A DNA stretch of 62,002 bases, the filler included, from Basidiobolus meristosporus CBS 931.73 (taxonomy: Eukaryota; Fungi; Basidiobolomycota): NCBI GenBank assembly GCA_002104905.1. It is 3 parts of 3 records of this genome, joined end to end, with 100 filler letters (N's around TTAATTAATTAA, not from the genome) between each part and the next. Parts side by side here need not be neighbours in the genome. Positions count along the whole stretch, not along the records: positions 20,446 to 49,721 come from MCFE01000871.1; 2 more parts are not named here. One strand, 5' to 3'. Made by a program: the position numbers and the translations under genes. Positions within the stretch are counted from its first letter, which is position 1. Each line of letters opens with the position of its first letter. Below are positions 21,864-37,022 of this stretch, in pieces. A model generated the notes under the pieces. The model was not told the origin of the DNA. It was given only the letters and a program-made list of their open reading frames with translations, and made no database searches.

Positions 21864-23142
21864 TTACCCAGCTGATGAAGACAGAGGAGAGGCTAAAGTT
21901 GAGGCCCCATGCTTTCTCTTTTTGCCCAATCTACCTGGAATCTGAAAAACAGCAGTGTAGCGGTGGCCTTTAGATTTGGATAGCACCGAAGTGGTTCCAT
22001 GCTCATCGACGCATGGCCTCCAGAACCACAGCATATTGTGGCTGAGTGGCACTGCAACCTTGTATTTGGGGATAATGAAGTACTGCTCTTCGGTATCGCC
22101 ATCAAGGAAACATACGCCTATAGCATATTGTGACTTGTCCTTATCAACATGAATCTTTGTGGAATAATCTTTTGTCGCGAAGAAGCTTGGGAGTGAGGTG
22201 TCCTTATGTAACAAAGGCATCTGATACTCCAATTGAATCTTTTGCCAATCTTGTTTCACATCGGGTAGAAACACATCTACGAAGCTCTGGATTAACACTG
22301 CCAATGCCTCGGCATTCTTCTGGATCTCGTTTATATGATCAACATCGGATTTCTTCAGGGATGGGATGCTGTAAAGAGAGATTCCGGACATATTCCCGCC
22401 CCGCGGGCTTCTATAGCCCACGCCGAACATTTGACCGGTTATATACTTTGATTTTCGAATCAGATTATTCCGGTAGCCAGGAATGCTTCGCAATGTCTCC
22501 AAAGAGAAATCCGCTTGGTCTTTGGAGAACGGGTGCTGGATAACTCCGAATACAATGGCGTCGTTTTGCAGCAGAAAAGTGGTTCTCTCTAAGATCGTGA
22601 AGCTTTTTATGTCCCGCATGTATATTTCGACATCCTCAAACTGAGAGCAAAAGGATCTAGCTTCAGAAACGGCAAATCGGCATTCGAAGTTGGTTAATCC
22701 CTACGGTTTAGAGGTTGTAAACACAGGGAAGAAGAAAACGCATATGTGTGTGTAAGGACGTCGGCGTACCTTGACAATCAACCCTTTCCTGTGGAAGTTC
22801 ATTTCTCTTACTTTGAACCTCTGGTAGGTGCCATATAAGATCCTCAGCTTTTGAATACCCGGAATATCTTGATACATGGGGCTTCTCAGTCGGTTGCTTA
22901 AGTAGTTGAAGATATGGGGCCTTTTGGAATCCTACAAAACTATTGGTGAGAAATGGAGTCGGTAGCATGACGTTTCTAGCGGAACCAACTTCGAGAGTAA
23001 CGAATTGATTTGCAAACTCAAACAGTAGATGTTTATCAGTAAGCAAGGTGGCAAGGTGGGATGGATTGTTTTCAATCAACTCTACCAAGGATGCAATCCA
23101 CCTTCTCCAAGGTGCATAGCGATCTATCTTGGATTCGTTCAT
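21864..23142 (-). CDS. TET/JBP-family 2-oxoglutarate/Fe(II) dioxygenase, predicted three exons, 383 aa
   Basis: Exons 23142-22990, 22931-22770 and 22700-21864; introns GTTGGT..TAG (58 nt) and GTACGC..TAG (69 nt), both phase 0, give an open frame. Motifs GQMFGVGYR, TKDYSTKIHVDKD (HxD), YFIIPKYKVAVPL...WFWRPCVDEHGT (distal His), RYTAVFQ (2OG-binding Arg); KKRKH NLS-like tail. Confidence 0.75.
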
Positions 23143-26100
23143 TACAGTGATAGTTGTGGGATCTGTTGGCTTTTAAGCTCACCTCGTTTCCATGTTACAC
23201 TCGATGGTCACAGTCATGGTTTGCAGGAGATGGTTAAAAAATTGAACGCGGATGGCGTAACTATGTTTTGGTAGGATCTTCTGGCCAATAGATGGCCAGT
23301 AAAATTACATATTGCGCTACACTCGAAATTGCGCTACAACCACACTGACTGTTTAATGGGAAGTGGAGTGACAGCTACCTCGCGCTTATCTAGACAGGCT
23401 GCGTGATGGCTCATTCTTTTGCTATTAATTACTTTTACGCGCCATTCCAATGATTTAACTTCACGACTTTGACTAGTTTCTCGGCTGCGGGACCATGGAA
23501 GTATAATCTTTGAATATATGGAAGCCTCTCGGCTTCCATCGGCACAGAAAAATGATATATTGTTGGAGATATATATGGTCATTATTGGAGGATATTGCAG
23601 CAAATTATGATTCATCGCTACCGGGAAATCCAACCATCATAGTAAAGTCTGTGCGGATGGGAAGCCCGAAATCCGCCCATACATCGTGATTGGCGCAATC
23701 GCGCTATGGTTGGAATATTGGTAGATTGCCCTGCACCAATAGACACCACCCCATCACTTTCCGATTATGGCAATGCGGAGTAAGGAAGTGCTTTAAACTA
23801 CTACATCATTGAATCAAAGATTAAGGTTGGGAACAACCAGTGGGAAGTAGTAACGCAGAACTTGATTCACCTGCTGCGTCATCTGCTCATTGAAATCTAT
23901 GATCTTCTTTCCTAATCCAGCAGAAAGTATATTACCAATCTCAGTCCTAATTAGTGCCCAGGAGGTGAACACAGTTTCGGGAAAAAGAATAGCAGTAATA
24001 CAGCTATGCACATTCTATGTGGTTGATTTCTTCTATCTCCGTTGATTGCACTTTCGTTCCTAACCGCACAAGATGCGTAGTTGCATATACGGGAATTGCG
24101 CCACAAATACGCATCCAATTCCACATTGTTGGGTAATTAGCATCTACTCAGAAAATGCTCGAGGATAGAGACAAGAAATCGGTGATTTATCTGTATATGC
24201 GTTTGTATTCCCGCAATATGCATCCAAGTAAATACTAACCTGACACCCTTGAAACATAACGTAACTTATAACTGCACCTATAGCTCTAGTCAAACTAACT
24301 GGATCTCGGCATTAGTTTACAACCATGAATAACCTTTACATCCGCCATCGCATGTCAATAACATGCGATATTTGAGTGTTCAACCATGAATTGTAAACAT
24401 GCTCTTGGTTGCTTTGTGTGTTTCAAGACTCATGGTTGGGCAGCTCCGGCTGCTAATGCAAATTGTAGCTGTTATTATTGTTTGGGTTGTTGCTCTACTT
24501 GAAGTTAAATGGATATGCCAACTCCAAGAATGAGCTAATATCTTACAAACTTGATCTCTAGCTGATTTAGGTGCTAGCAATGGGCTACATAGGATCCAAA
24601 GGTACATGGACAGTTTCAGTGTAAACTAGATAATCACAACAGATACAAGCTACCTCTAGAGCTATGAGCAATACCATATTTGTAATCATAGCGGAGGTGA
24701 AATGCATTCCAGGATCTGATTTAAAATCATCTAGTTGGTAGATCCAATATGATATTTTACTTGGGTATTGGCTACTATTGGATGCAATTGCCCATTAGTT
24801 TTGTAAGCATTAGATATGTGATCATTCTCATTTCCTGTTTGACCGGATTCTAGTTAGGAAATGAATTGCGCCAGCTGATTGTCAAGATGTAATTATTCAA
24901 ACCGGTAGTTGATCCTGATTGGGAAGAGTCTCAAGATACATTTCTACTAAGATCGTAAGGTATATAGTAGCGGCAGTCAGGTTGTAGCTGCTATAGGAGT
25001 ATAGAGGAGGATCAAGAGGCAACATTATTTTTCTAGCCAACCTATATGTAGGGCATGATGCAAATCTTACATTTGCACTCGAATGTTTACACTAATCTAG
25101 TCAACAAAACCCTGCTCTGAACCTTGCTGATTCCAGCTCAAATTCATGCAGTCAATCTTTTGCCCTCACAGCAACATCAAACATAATCAGGAGACTGATG
25201 ATAACTATTTATTAAGATACTTATAAAGCAGCTTTATCAGTACTCCAGATACTAATGGCAATCAGACCCTCAAAGTTGACTAAATACCTTGAAAAATTTC
25301 AAACTTGGAACTCATCTAACTTTCAGCTGGTATTCTGATTGTATTTTGTTGATACGAGCTCGTGTTTTTCTTCCAAACTTTTAGTTGCAATTTTAGTGGA
25401 GGTAATAGGCAGCTGATTATAAATTATGGTATGAATGCTAGTTGGCCTATTCTCCTGCTGAAAATATATCTGCTTGTCTTCCTAATAGCTAGTACCTGTG
25501 ATTCTGAGAGAGAGATGTCAGTTTTGAGAAACCTGGAATTCAGCAAATGATGGCATTATGCAGGCTTTTTTTTAATATTTTCTGTTAAGTAAAAGCTCGT
25601 AGACTTCATACATATGCTCTGAGGAACCTTCTTAATGTATTAAACTTGCTTTAGCGTACCATTCATCATTATGTCACATACCATTCTCTCAATTAGCTAC
25701 ATTAGGATAGTAAATAAGTCAGCTTTATCTTACTCTGGCACTTTATATTACTATATGAAGCTACATCACGCTGTTAGCACTCATTGGCACTATAAGTGTT
25801 ACCCAGTAATATTACTTAAGTCAGTTGACATAATATGTATTATTGATTTTCTTGTGTAGATTACTCAAGCAAGGGAATGGTTAAGGCATGATGTGTCTTA
25901 ATTGTTAAAGTTATAACATAAATACAACAGTGCAAGTTTTATATGTACCACTCACAAGACGTTTGTTGGTGCTTTGTGTCAAGACTACTCTGTGCATATT
26001 AATATAGAAGTTTATTTTTCACTTTGAACTAAGTTATCTGATCAGTGTCTCAAGTATGCATAGGGCTTGCTACAAGTAGCTTTGCACTTGACCACTTGCA

Positions 26101-26948
26101 AACTAAAGCAAAGTTACAGCAAGATAATACTCAAGTATCACGCACCATGTATTATGCATGCCTCAAGAAAACATCACTATGCGTCCATAATGAAGTCCTA
26201 GTCAGTAATGTCAGAAATCCGGTGGACTGCATTGGGGATGACCCACAAAAAAACCGAAAAGGTCGTTTGCAAGTACTGAAACGCGGTTTTCATTGCAGGT
26301 TCTTAACTGGACCTCAAGGCCATGCTGGGTTGTATAATTAAGATTGAATGTGTAGTAAAAGACATACTGTTGATGTGCACTATTTTTCTTTCATTTATAT
26401 ATATAGGTAGAGTGCTTGAGAATCAAGCAAGACCTGAGGCAATAAGCTAATATATCCATAATTTGTATGCACTTCAATATACGACTGATCCCACTACTGA
26501 TATAGCATTTGATTTTGCTCGGCTGGATGAGTGTATAAAATTGCTAGCGAGAAGGTAGAGTGAAGGCTAATACGCTAACAATGCATTTTCTTTTAGGCGA
26601 TTGGGGAGAGGGCAGTATAATATGTAGTCAATGAAACAAGATGCAAAATTCCCAACCAAATATAACTCCATACACTTATTCCACGCTCATTGACCAACCC
26701 TCTGTCAAATCAGATGTAATGGAAAATCCCAGGTCCACTGATACGCTAGGTATTGCACTTTATGTACAGGAGTAGTTCTAAACTTGTGTATTTAGTGGCG
26801 AGTAGCTGTGTAAGAATTCCCGATTGGATTGAACATGTTTGCTTAGACAAGCAATAAACTGGAGGTAATAAAGTACTGACAACTTTAACTATCATCTATT
26901 AGGAATACATAATTCTGTAAGTGTTATATATTGATGTATGTTGGCTTC

Positions 26949-28238
26949 CTATTGGCAAGGTGTTTGCCCTTCTACATCACCTTGCTCTACTGTGCAAGTT
27001 TGGCTGTTACCGCCTTCCTCCCCTCCACTATTCGCTGCATCAGGGGTATTTTCCATTTCGGAGTCACTCGGTGGAAGGTCGCTACCACTAGCTTCAACCC
27101 TCTCATTATTGACAGCATCATTAGGGCTGGCCTCAGGATATCCATCACCATTACTTTCACTACCAGCTTCGATATTACTACTTTCAGCACTAGTATCAGA
27201 ATCACTGGCCACGACATCCTCGCTTTTGGCGCCGGTATTCCCGTTTTCAGTACTAGTCTCAGGATATCCGCTATCGGGGTCGGCTCCAGTTTCTCCACTT
27301 GGGGTGCTCCCCTCAGTCTCTCCGCTTTCAGTGCTGCCCTCAGTATTTTCGACACTACCCTCTGTGTATTCGTTTTCGTCACTCTCTCTATCTACAGTCC
27401 GGTCCTCTGTATTCTCGGCCCCACTCTCCTCGGGACTTTCTTGGCTTTCTTCATCTTTCGAGGCGGGAGTAACTGGTTCATCACTTCCATCACTTTCAGA
27501 ACCAGTTTTGTAGTCACCTTCATTATCAGCACTATCGACACTGTCTTCAGCATCACTTTCAACGCTGTCACCATTTCCAGAATCGGATTTGCTTTCAACA
27601 CCTTCATCAGAAACATCATTCTTACTAGAGCCATAAACGGTTACCCCACCGTCGTTATTTTGGCTGCCCGTTCCATCTTTGCCATCTCCTTTATCTTGAG
27701 TATCGAGCTTCTTGGTATCGTTACTGTTGTCTGTATCGGCGGTTTTGCCTTCTTCATTGCTCGGGATACCGTCTTTGGTATTGGCTGCGTCATCCTTTTC
27801 GGATTTCGAAGTGTCTAGCTCCTTTTCACCGCTACCCTTACTACAACCCGAACCATCTCCATCACCATTGTCACCAGAGCTTTCACCAGCTCCAGAATTA
27901 TACGAGTCGGCTTGGTTGCCATTTCCAGCATTAATACCAGTGGCACTCCTACCGCGGCCCTCATCATCTCCAGCTTTGTATCCATTCTCATCGTTGTTAC
28001 CACCATTTTCAGGTTCACCCCTAAATTTTGGACTGTTCTTCCCTACATCGTACACCCCCGCACCGCTTGACTCGCTGGCGATACCTTTACCACTGCCGTC
28101 GCCGTTCCCGACATTGAAAATATCTATGATGTCGTAATCGCCGCTGCTTCTAAGCCGGATTCTTCGGTCCAAGGCTGCGGTGTGGATGACTGCCAACCCG
28201 GAGAGTAGGCATAGGACTTTGGAGGCTGCGAATCGCAT
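26949..28238 (-). CDS. Secreted low-complexity acidic Gly/Ser/Asp/Glu-rich protein of unknown function
   Basis: 429-aa ORF with hydrophobic N-terminus MRFAASKVLCLLSGLAVIHTAA; the rest is polar and predicted disordered; the 3' end is uncertain. Confidence 0.7.
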   Translation of the reverse strand: MRFAASKVLCLLSGLAVIHTAALDRRIRLRSSGDYDIIDIFNVGNGDGSGKGIASESSGAGVYDVGKNSPKFRGEPENGGNNDENGYKAGDDEGRGRSATGINAGNGNQADSYNSGAGESSGDNGDGDGSGCSKGSGEKELDTSKSEKDDAANTKDGIPSNEEGKTADTDNSNDTKKLDTQDKGDGKDGTGSQNNDGGVTVYGSSKNDVSDEGVESKSDSGNGDSVESDAEDSVDSADNEGDYKTGSESDGSDEPVTPASKDEESQESPEESGAENTEDRTVDRESDENEYTEGSVENTEGSTESGETEGSTPSGETGADPDSGYPETSTENGNTGAKSEDVVASDSDTSAESSNIEAGSESNGDGYPEASPNDAVNNERVEASGSDLPPSDSEMENTPDAANSGGEEGGNSQTCTVEQGDVEGQTPCQ

Positions 28239-28765
28239 GTTGTAGTGGATGTCAATGTATTTTGGTGGTAATCTCGACGTTCTAGTCCTGATTTATACTC
28301 GCCCATGACTTCGCCCCCCCCCCAACCTTCGATTGCTCCTTATTAGTGCTCCACTGTAAGCACCTCCCCCTTGCCTCCAATCGGTTTATGCACAGTGATG
28401 CCTCTAATCAGCCGGTGTGCGTGTGAGGTGGCTATGACAAACAAAGCCAAGTGATGCCACTAATCACCCAACAGCATCTACCCGATGAAAGTTGTTTGTA
28501 ATGGCCCAGGAAAGGCAATGGTCGCAGTAACTGTGTGCCTACCCCAATTATACTACGGGCGCATATTCTCTAATGCTGATAAACTCCGCATTCTTTCTTG
28601 ACATCTATTCTCCTTTTAAAATCATTATGAAGACGAAAGAGGGTAGAACCGCTCGTCGAGAGCTTAGCAGTAAAGTAATTAACCAAACATACATTACATG
28701 TCGGTAAGATATGTGACTGTATAATACGTGATTTATTAGTTATTTATGATGACAATGCTTTGGGT

Positions 28766-31015
28766 TTACCAATCTAACTTCTTGGGCTTTTGCTTGGGGC
28801 TGGCTGTGGGCTTGATGGCTTTCCCACTGTACTCTTTACCGTCCAGCCATGGCCATTCGTTAGTTCTTTTCACTTCGAACGCCTTGATCTTTTCGCTCTT
28901 CTGCATGGTAAGACCGATATCATCCAATCCATTGACAAGGCAGTGCTTGCGGAATGGCTCCACGTCAAACTCTATTTCACCATCGGGATGGCGGACGACC
29001 TGGTTTATGAGATCCACCTCAAGCTCAGCTCCTTGCTTTGCAGCCTCAGCCAGAGTATCTACATCAGCTTGGGGAAGCACGATCGGAAGCATGCCATTTT
29101 TGAATGTATTGTTGAAGAAGATATCTGCGAAACTGGTGGCGATAATGCAGCGAATCCCGAAGTCGTTGAATGCCCATGGTGCGTGTTCACGTGAGCTGCC
29201 ACACCCAAAGTTAGGTCCTGTGCACACCAGGATCCGTGCTTGACGGTAAGGCTCCTGGTTCAACACGAAGCTTGGGTTTTCTTCCCCGGTGCTGGGATCG
29301 TAGCGCAGCGCGTAAAACAATGCGCTGCCAAGACCTGTGCGCTTAATCGTCTTCAGGAACTGCTTAGGAATGATCATGTCCGTGTCTACATTAGAGATAT
29401 CTAGAGGAGCAGCGTAGCCCCTGAGTGTAGTGAACTTCGGCATCCCAGAGACAGCGGGTGCTTGGCTACCAGCAGATGGGCTAGAAGCTGGCGCATCAGT
29501 GACTGGGTCTGCTGCATTAGCGGCTTTTTCGTGGTTCTCGAACTGTGGTTCGATCACTTGAGGAGCTGAGGATTTTCTAGGCTGTGGTAAATCGGCTGGG
29601 ACAAGCTTACGCACATCAGTGAGGTAGCCCCTGATGCCGGCAGCAGCAGCCATGGCAGGGCTCATCAAGTGGGTGCGACCACCAGCGCCTTGACGGCCTT
29701 CGAAGTTACGATTGCTAGTACTGGCGCAACGCTCGCCAGGGCTCAACTGGTCAGGATTCATACCCAAACACATGGAGCAGCCAGCCTCTCTCCAGTCGAA
29801 ACCGGCCTCCTTGAAGATGGCGTCCAGTCCTTCTCTTTCAGCTTGAAGCTTGACAAGACCGGATCCTGGGACAACCATGGCATACACCCAATCGGCAACG
29901 TGGTGACCTTTCACGATCTGGGCTGCGCTTCGAAGATCCTCAATACGGGAGTTGGTACAACTGCCGATGAATACTTTGTCAATCTTAACTTCTTCCATTG
30001 GGGTGTTCGGCACCAAGCCAATATACTCCAAGGCTCTTTCCATAGCGGCACGCTTGGCGGGATCCGAAACTTGGCCTGGATCAGGGACAACCCCGTCAAT
30101 AGGGACCACATCCTGTGGACTGGTACCCCAGGTAATAGTGGGGGCAATATCGGCAGCATCGATCTCTACATTGATATCGTATACGGCATCAGGATCGGAG
30201 CGAAGAGTGTTCCAATATTGAACCGCATGATCCCATTCGTTGGCGTTTGGCGCAAGTGGCTTGCCGCGAAGGTAAGCGAAAGTTATTTCATCGGGAGCGA
30301 TCATACCGGCACGAGCACCTGCTTCGATCGCCATGTTACAAATAGACATTCTTGCTTCCATCGACAAGGTAGAGATGGCGGAGCCACAGAACTCGATGAC
30401 ACAACCAGTACCACCGGCAGTGCCAATAACTCCAATAGCATGAAGGACAATATCCTTGCTGGTGACACCAGGGGCTAGCTTCCCCTCGACCCGGATACGC
30501 ATATTCTTCGACTTCTTCTGCAAGAGTGTCTGGGTGGCAAGGACGTGTTCGACCTCAGAGGTACCGATACCAAAAGCCAGAGCACCGAAAGCACCGTGTG
30601 TAGAGGTGTGGGAGTCACCGCAAACGACAGTGGTTGCTGGAAGGGTGAATCCTTGCTCGGGGCCAATGACGTGCACAATACCCTGGCGGCTATCATCCAT
30701 GCCAAAGTAAGTGAGTCCGAATTCCTTAACGTTGCTTTCCAGAGTCTCACACTGAGTTCTTGAGTCAGCCTCATGAATGAACGTGGAGATATTCTTGAAG
30801 TTCTTGCGGTTGGTTGTGGGGATGTTGTGGTCCACGGTAGCAAGGGTACAGTCAACACGGCGGACACCGCGTCCGGCGTTTCTCAACCCCTCGAAGGCCT
30901 GTGGGCTGGTGACTTCATGAACAAGGTGTCTATCAATGTAGATCAAGCAGGTTCCGTCTTCTTGACGATCGACCACATGGTCGTCCCAAATTTTGTCGTA
31001 GAGAGTGCGAGGCAT
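28766..31015 (-). CDS. LEU1: 3-isopropylmalate dehydratase (fused large and small subunit, fungal type), intronless
   Basis: [92 protein letters not shown]. Confidence 0.98.
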   Translation of the reverse strand: MPRTLYDKIWDDHVVDRQEDGTCLIYIDRHLVHEVTSPQAFEGLRNAGRGVRRVDCTLATVDHNIPTTNRKNFKNISTFIHEADSRTQCETLESNVKEFGLTYFGMDDSRQGIVHVIGPEQGFTLPATTVVCGDSHTSTHGAFGALAFGIGTSEVEHVLATQTLLQKKSKNMRIRVEGKLAPGVTSKDIVLHAIGVIGTAGGTGCVIEFCGSAISTLSMEARMSICNMAIEAGARAGMIAPDEITFAYLRGKPLAPNANEWDHAVQYWNTLRSDPDAVYDINVEIDAADIAPTITWGTSPQDVVPIDGVVPDPGQVSDPAKRAAMERALEYIGLVPNTPMEEVKIDKVFIGSCTNSRIEDLRSAAQIVKGHHVADWVYAMVVPGSGLVKLQAEREGLDAIFKEAGFDWREAGCSMCLGMNPDQLSPGERCASTSNRNFEGRQGAGGRTHLMSPAMAAAAGIRGYLTDVRKLVPADLPQPRKSSAPQVIEPQFENHEKAANAADPVTDAPASSPSAGSQAPAVSGMPKFTTLRGYAAPLDISNVDTDMIIPKQFLKTIKRTGLGSALFYALRYDPSTGEENPSFVLNQEPYRQARILVCTGPNFGCGSSREHAPWAFNDFGIRCIIATSFADIFFNNTFKNGMLPIVLPQADVDTLAEAAKQGAELEVDLINQVVRHPDGEIEFDVEPFRKHCLVNGLDDIGLTMQKSEKIKAFEVKRTNEWPWLDGKEYSGKAIKPTASPKQKPKKLDW

Positions 31016-31672
31016 CAAATTTGATCGAATGGTAACGAGAACTAACTATATATTTACAATACAAAATGAACTTGTAGAAATAATGGTCTGGGGTTAGGAT
31101 TCATGGAAGCAGGCTTATATACAACCCCCACCCCACTGATCTTATCATCATAACTATGAATCATCCCACATCCAAGTGATACAAGACAAAAGCGTCCATT
31201 GACTCACATTGATGCATTAAATAAGTCAACTCTCCCTTTCCACATCAGCTGATACCATTGATCCTGGCTATCCATATATGCTCATGTGTTTCCATGTTTG
31301 GAGGTTTGCTCGACATGCATACTTGGGCTCGGTGTACAGTATACAGTGTACAGTGCAATTAGAAATGATGACTGGAGTAAGTTTCATCGGCCTCATCTTC
31401 CCTTTGAAGATCCCAACCAGCACCGGCGCAAGCGAGGGCAACCTGCACCATTCTGGCTTTGCGGGCCAACGTAGGAACCCATGAGAGGTGTGGACAAGAC
31501 AATACCCTAGACGAAGTTGCCTGTCTCAGACACACTGGCAAATAGCATCTCCGGTGCAACCCCAAACTGACTCCCTGTCATGCACGACCTTGTTTACGAT
31601 TCTTGCTTTAGATTATTGTAGCTTTATTGCAACGTTGGAAATGATTTACATACAGAGATGAATGGGGTGTGT

Positions 31673-33860
<2,188 letters not shown>

Positions 33861-33926
33861 TGTAATGCATGCCTGGAGGTCTGAGGATGGTCTGATCTGC
33901 GTGCGAATAGGGTATAGAGCCGCCCA

Positions 33927-34040
33927 CCGTTTGGTGGCTATCTTGGTTCTATGCACCCCGTCCATGTTACGATGACAATCACAAGCGGCTGAGAGCTGCA
34001 CTCCGCAAGTGTGTTGACAAAGAGGTCACGCCCTTGACCG
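33927..34040 (+). pseudogene. Fragment of a duplicate acyl-CoA dehydrogenase gene
   Basis: Reads WFYAPRPCYDDNHKRLRAALRKCVDKEVTPLT versus WYYAPSPYYNDSHKRLRAALRKFVDSEIMPFT at 35.43-35.53 kb; ctgagagctgcactccgcaag is identical. Confidence 0.9.
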
Positions 34041-34158
34041 GTGGATATGATATTTTGAGAGTGGGCAAGACCAAGATCAACCTGGAGTCTAAGCTAAGCC
34101 AACCAACCGCAGACAAAAGAAATATATAAAGGGTTATCATCATCACTCCAAAACTCTA

Positions 34159-34262
34159 AGCACCAACACCGAGGTTGCCTTTCATACCATCAGTATCCGC
34201 TTGACAAGAGAAGGTGAGGTTGAGGAACATGCCAGGGGAAGTAAACGCGATTCTTAACGTGT
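34159..34262 (-). pseudogene. Fragment of a duplicate aspartate aminotransferase 5' end
   Basis: gcaccaacaccgaggttg...tcagtatccgcttga matches 32862-32907; the start codon position reads ACG (34260-34258). Confidence 0.9.
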
Positions 34263-34992
34263 TCAAGTAGAGGATTGAAAGTTCAATGGTTTACCGAAAA
34301 CCCCTCACAAGTGGCTTTTATAGGAACTCAGCTATTCACACCTGTTAAACCCCCAGTCCTAATGATCGGCTGAGCCTCAATGGTTGGCCCACTCCAGCCA
34401 CCAGGCAAGTGCATCTATCGATCTTCGTCATTCTGACTTTCGGAAGCTGTGTTCGACGAAAATGAACAACCAGAACTAAACCTGAAAAGCAGTGAATATT
34501 AAGATGGCTTCTGGCTGTTATCCGTAACTGTTAATGCCAATTTCCGCTAGGCCAGAAAACGCGAGGAAATGTTTGTTGTATTTTATGAGTCTGGGCTTGG
34601 TTCTTGAATAAGTTATGTCCAGCCTACGGACATTGATCTTGGTTCTTGGGTAAATTCAAATTGCTGCAGAGTTGAGGACACTGCCGCTACAATTGCTATA
34701 CACATCATATTGATCTTCCAACAAAATGCCGAATCATCCCCTGTTGACTTGTATGATGTTTTACACCTGACCCTCGACAATAATCGTTTACATAAGATGT
34801 CCACGTGAAAATACAGTGGGCCCCTCTGCATTTTAATGGGTACTATGCATCTGAAAGGTAGAATGGGTTCAGGGTTTTGGTCTGGCTCACGTGCGAATAG
34901 GACATAGGATATGTGATGACAATATAAAGCCTGCCTCCCCTTTACTGCTCCTCACTGTCCACTCTCACTCTTACCCTTCAGATTTACTAACC
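34258..34992. promoter_or_regulatory. Divergent promoter copy P2 (upstream of intact acyl-CoA dehydrogenase)
   Basis: Shares cactccagccaccaggcaagtgcatctatcgatcttcgtcattct with 33180-33225, and CACGTG at ~34802; TATAAA at ~34923. Confidence 0.65.
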
Positions 34993-36683
34993 ATGGGAAA
35001 ACCACTCACTGCACAAGATGTCCAGAAACACAACACCGAAAACGACTGTTGGATCATTGTTCATGGCAAGGTAAATGCAGCAAGATGTCAATGGCGTGCA
35101 CATGTGGTCTAACCATTTTGCAATAGGTTTATGACCTTAGCAACTTCCTAAGCGAGCACCCAGGTGGTAAGAAGGTTGGTGTAGCTATTTTCTCCATTCG
35201 CCTGATATTGTAGTGACCATTTATGCTGTAGGTTCTTGTTCGAGTGGCTGGTACCGATGCTTCGAAGCAGTTCGATAACTTCCATAACAAGGCAGTTCTT
35301 GATCAATGGGGTCCCAAGCTTCTTGTTGGCAGTATTGGCGAAGCGTCAGCCTCATCGAACGAGGTCAACGCTTCGTCCACTGAGGAGAACCCTGAATATT
35401 TCGGAGAGCTGATACCATTTGGTGACCCATCTTGGTACTACGCACCCAGCCCATATTACAATGACAGTCACAAACGACTGAGAGCTGCACTCCGCAAGTT
35501 CGTTGACAGTGAGATCATGCCCTTCACTCATGAGTGGGATGAGGCAAAGAAGATTCCACAAGAACTATTCATCAAATTGGCGAAAGCGGGAATCCTTTCC
35601 GCTGTCGTCGGTCATCCATATCCTACTGCATACGCGTACACGAAGAATCTCATCGGCGACGTCACGCCAGAGGAGTTTGATCCATTCCACGAGTTCATTA
35701 TCTGTGATGAAATCTCTAGATGTGGCAGTGGCGGTGTACTGTGGGGATTGGTGGGTGGTTTAGGTATCGGACTCCCACCTATTCTTAACTTTGGGTCCGA
35801 GGAGCTCAAGCAAAAGGTTGCGCCTGGCTGCCTATCCGGAGAGAAATTCATCTGCCTAGCCGTCACCGAGCCCTACGCTGGCAGCGATGTAGCAAACATC
35901 CGATGTGAAGCAAAGCTTAGTGATGATGGGGAGCATTACGTTGTCAATGGAGAAAAGAAATGGATCACTAATGGAGTTTGGGCTGATTACTTCACCGTTG
36001 CTGTGAGAACGGGGGGAGAGGGAATGGGAGGAGTGTCACTGTTGTTGATTGAGCGTTCCATGCCTGGCGTGAAGACGAGGCAGATGCAGTGCTCCGGGGT
36101 CTGGTGCTCTGGAACATCCTATATCACGTTTGAAGATGTAAAGGTTCCCAGGAGCAACCTTGTTGGCAAAGAAAACAAGGGGTTCAAGTATATTATGTAT
36201 AACTTCAACCACGAGCGCATGGGCATCGCAATCCAAGCATCAAGATTCTCACGTGTCTGTCTAGAAGAATCCATCAAGTACGCCAACAAGCGTAAGACTT
36301 TCGGAAAGAAGTTGATTGATCACCCAGTCATCCGTGACAAGTGCGCGAGAATGGCTGGTAAAATTGAAGCGGTGCATGCTTGGATGGAATCATTGATTAA
36401 CATGACGAAGGTGATGCCGAAGGATATGCAGATGGTCGCCCTTGGTGGACCTATTGCACTTCTCAAGGCACAGTCCACTCAGACATTTGAGTTTTGTGCT
36501 CGTGAGGCAGCCCAAATCTTTGGGGGTCTGTCTTACACCCGAGGTGGCCAAGGAGAGAAGGTTGAGCGGCTGTATCGTGAGGTGAGGGCCTACGCCATTC
36601 CAGCTGGTTCGGAAGAAATCATGCTTGATTTGGGTATAAGACAAAGCCTCAAATTGGCCAAAATGTTTGGTGCAAAGATGTAG
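34993..36683 (+). CDS. Acyl-CoA dehydrogenase with N-terminal cytochrome b5-like domain, two introns
   Basis: Exons 1-2 KHNTENDCWIIVHGK|VYDLSNFLSEHPGGKK; then CLAVTEPYAGSDVA, NGEKKWITNG, FNHERMGIA, RKTFGKKL, QIFGG, AIPAGSEEIM. Confidence 0.95.
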
Positions 36684-37022
36684 ATCGCCTCACCAAGCGC
36701 CCAAATTTGGAAGAAGCAACCACCTACAAGTGGGCCAATATCTGCAACCTTCCTCCACCTGTGGTTCATGTTTGTATGTATTAATGATTCAATAAACAAC
36801 GAGAATTCCAACCATTCCCGTCACGTGTATGGCCTGTGGCCTTGTCACACCACCTCTCCATATACTTCATCAGAGTAGACGGAAAGAATCTAGGTCCTTT
36901 GGACGTCACTGGGTTTCAATTCCCCAACGATTACGTACCCAGAAGGCCTTCACGTGCAACGTCAGACAATGCTTATAAGTAATATTCGGACGCGATTGCA
37001 CCAAGCATACTATATCTTCTCA

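Noticed and set aside
23640-23730. Kinase-like words (VWADFGL...VGFPG here; RYLVFAEYGGVDL near 17050-17100)
   Set aside because: Single short motifs without the other kinase subdomains at correct spacing.
21500-26900. KDZ (Kyakuja/Dileera/Zisupton) transposase expected beside the TET/JBP gene
   Set aside because: No CxC or KDZ motifs and no long ORF were found; flanks are short-ORF, partly decayed AT-rich DNA that I could not assign.
26931-27818. 295-aa hydrophobic plus-strand ORF resembling a membrane protein
   Set aside because: Antisense shadow of the acidic low-complexity gene on the minus strand.
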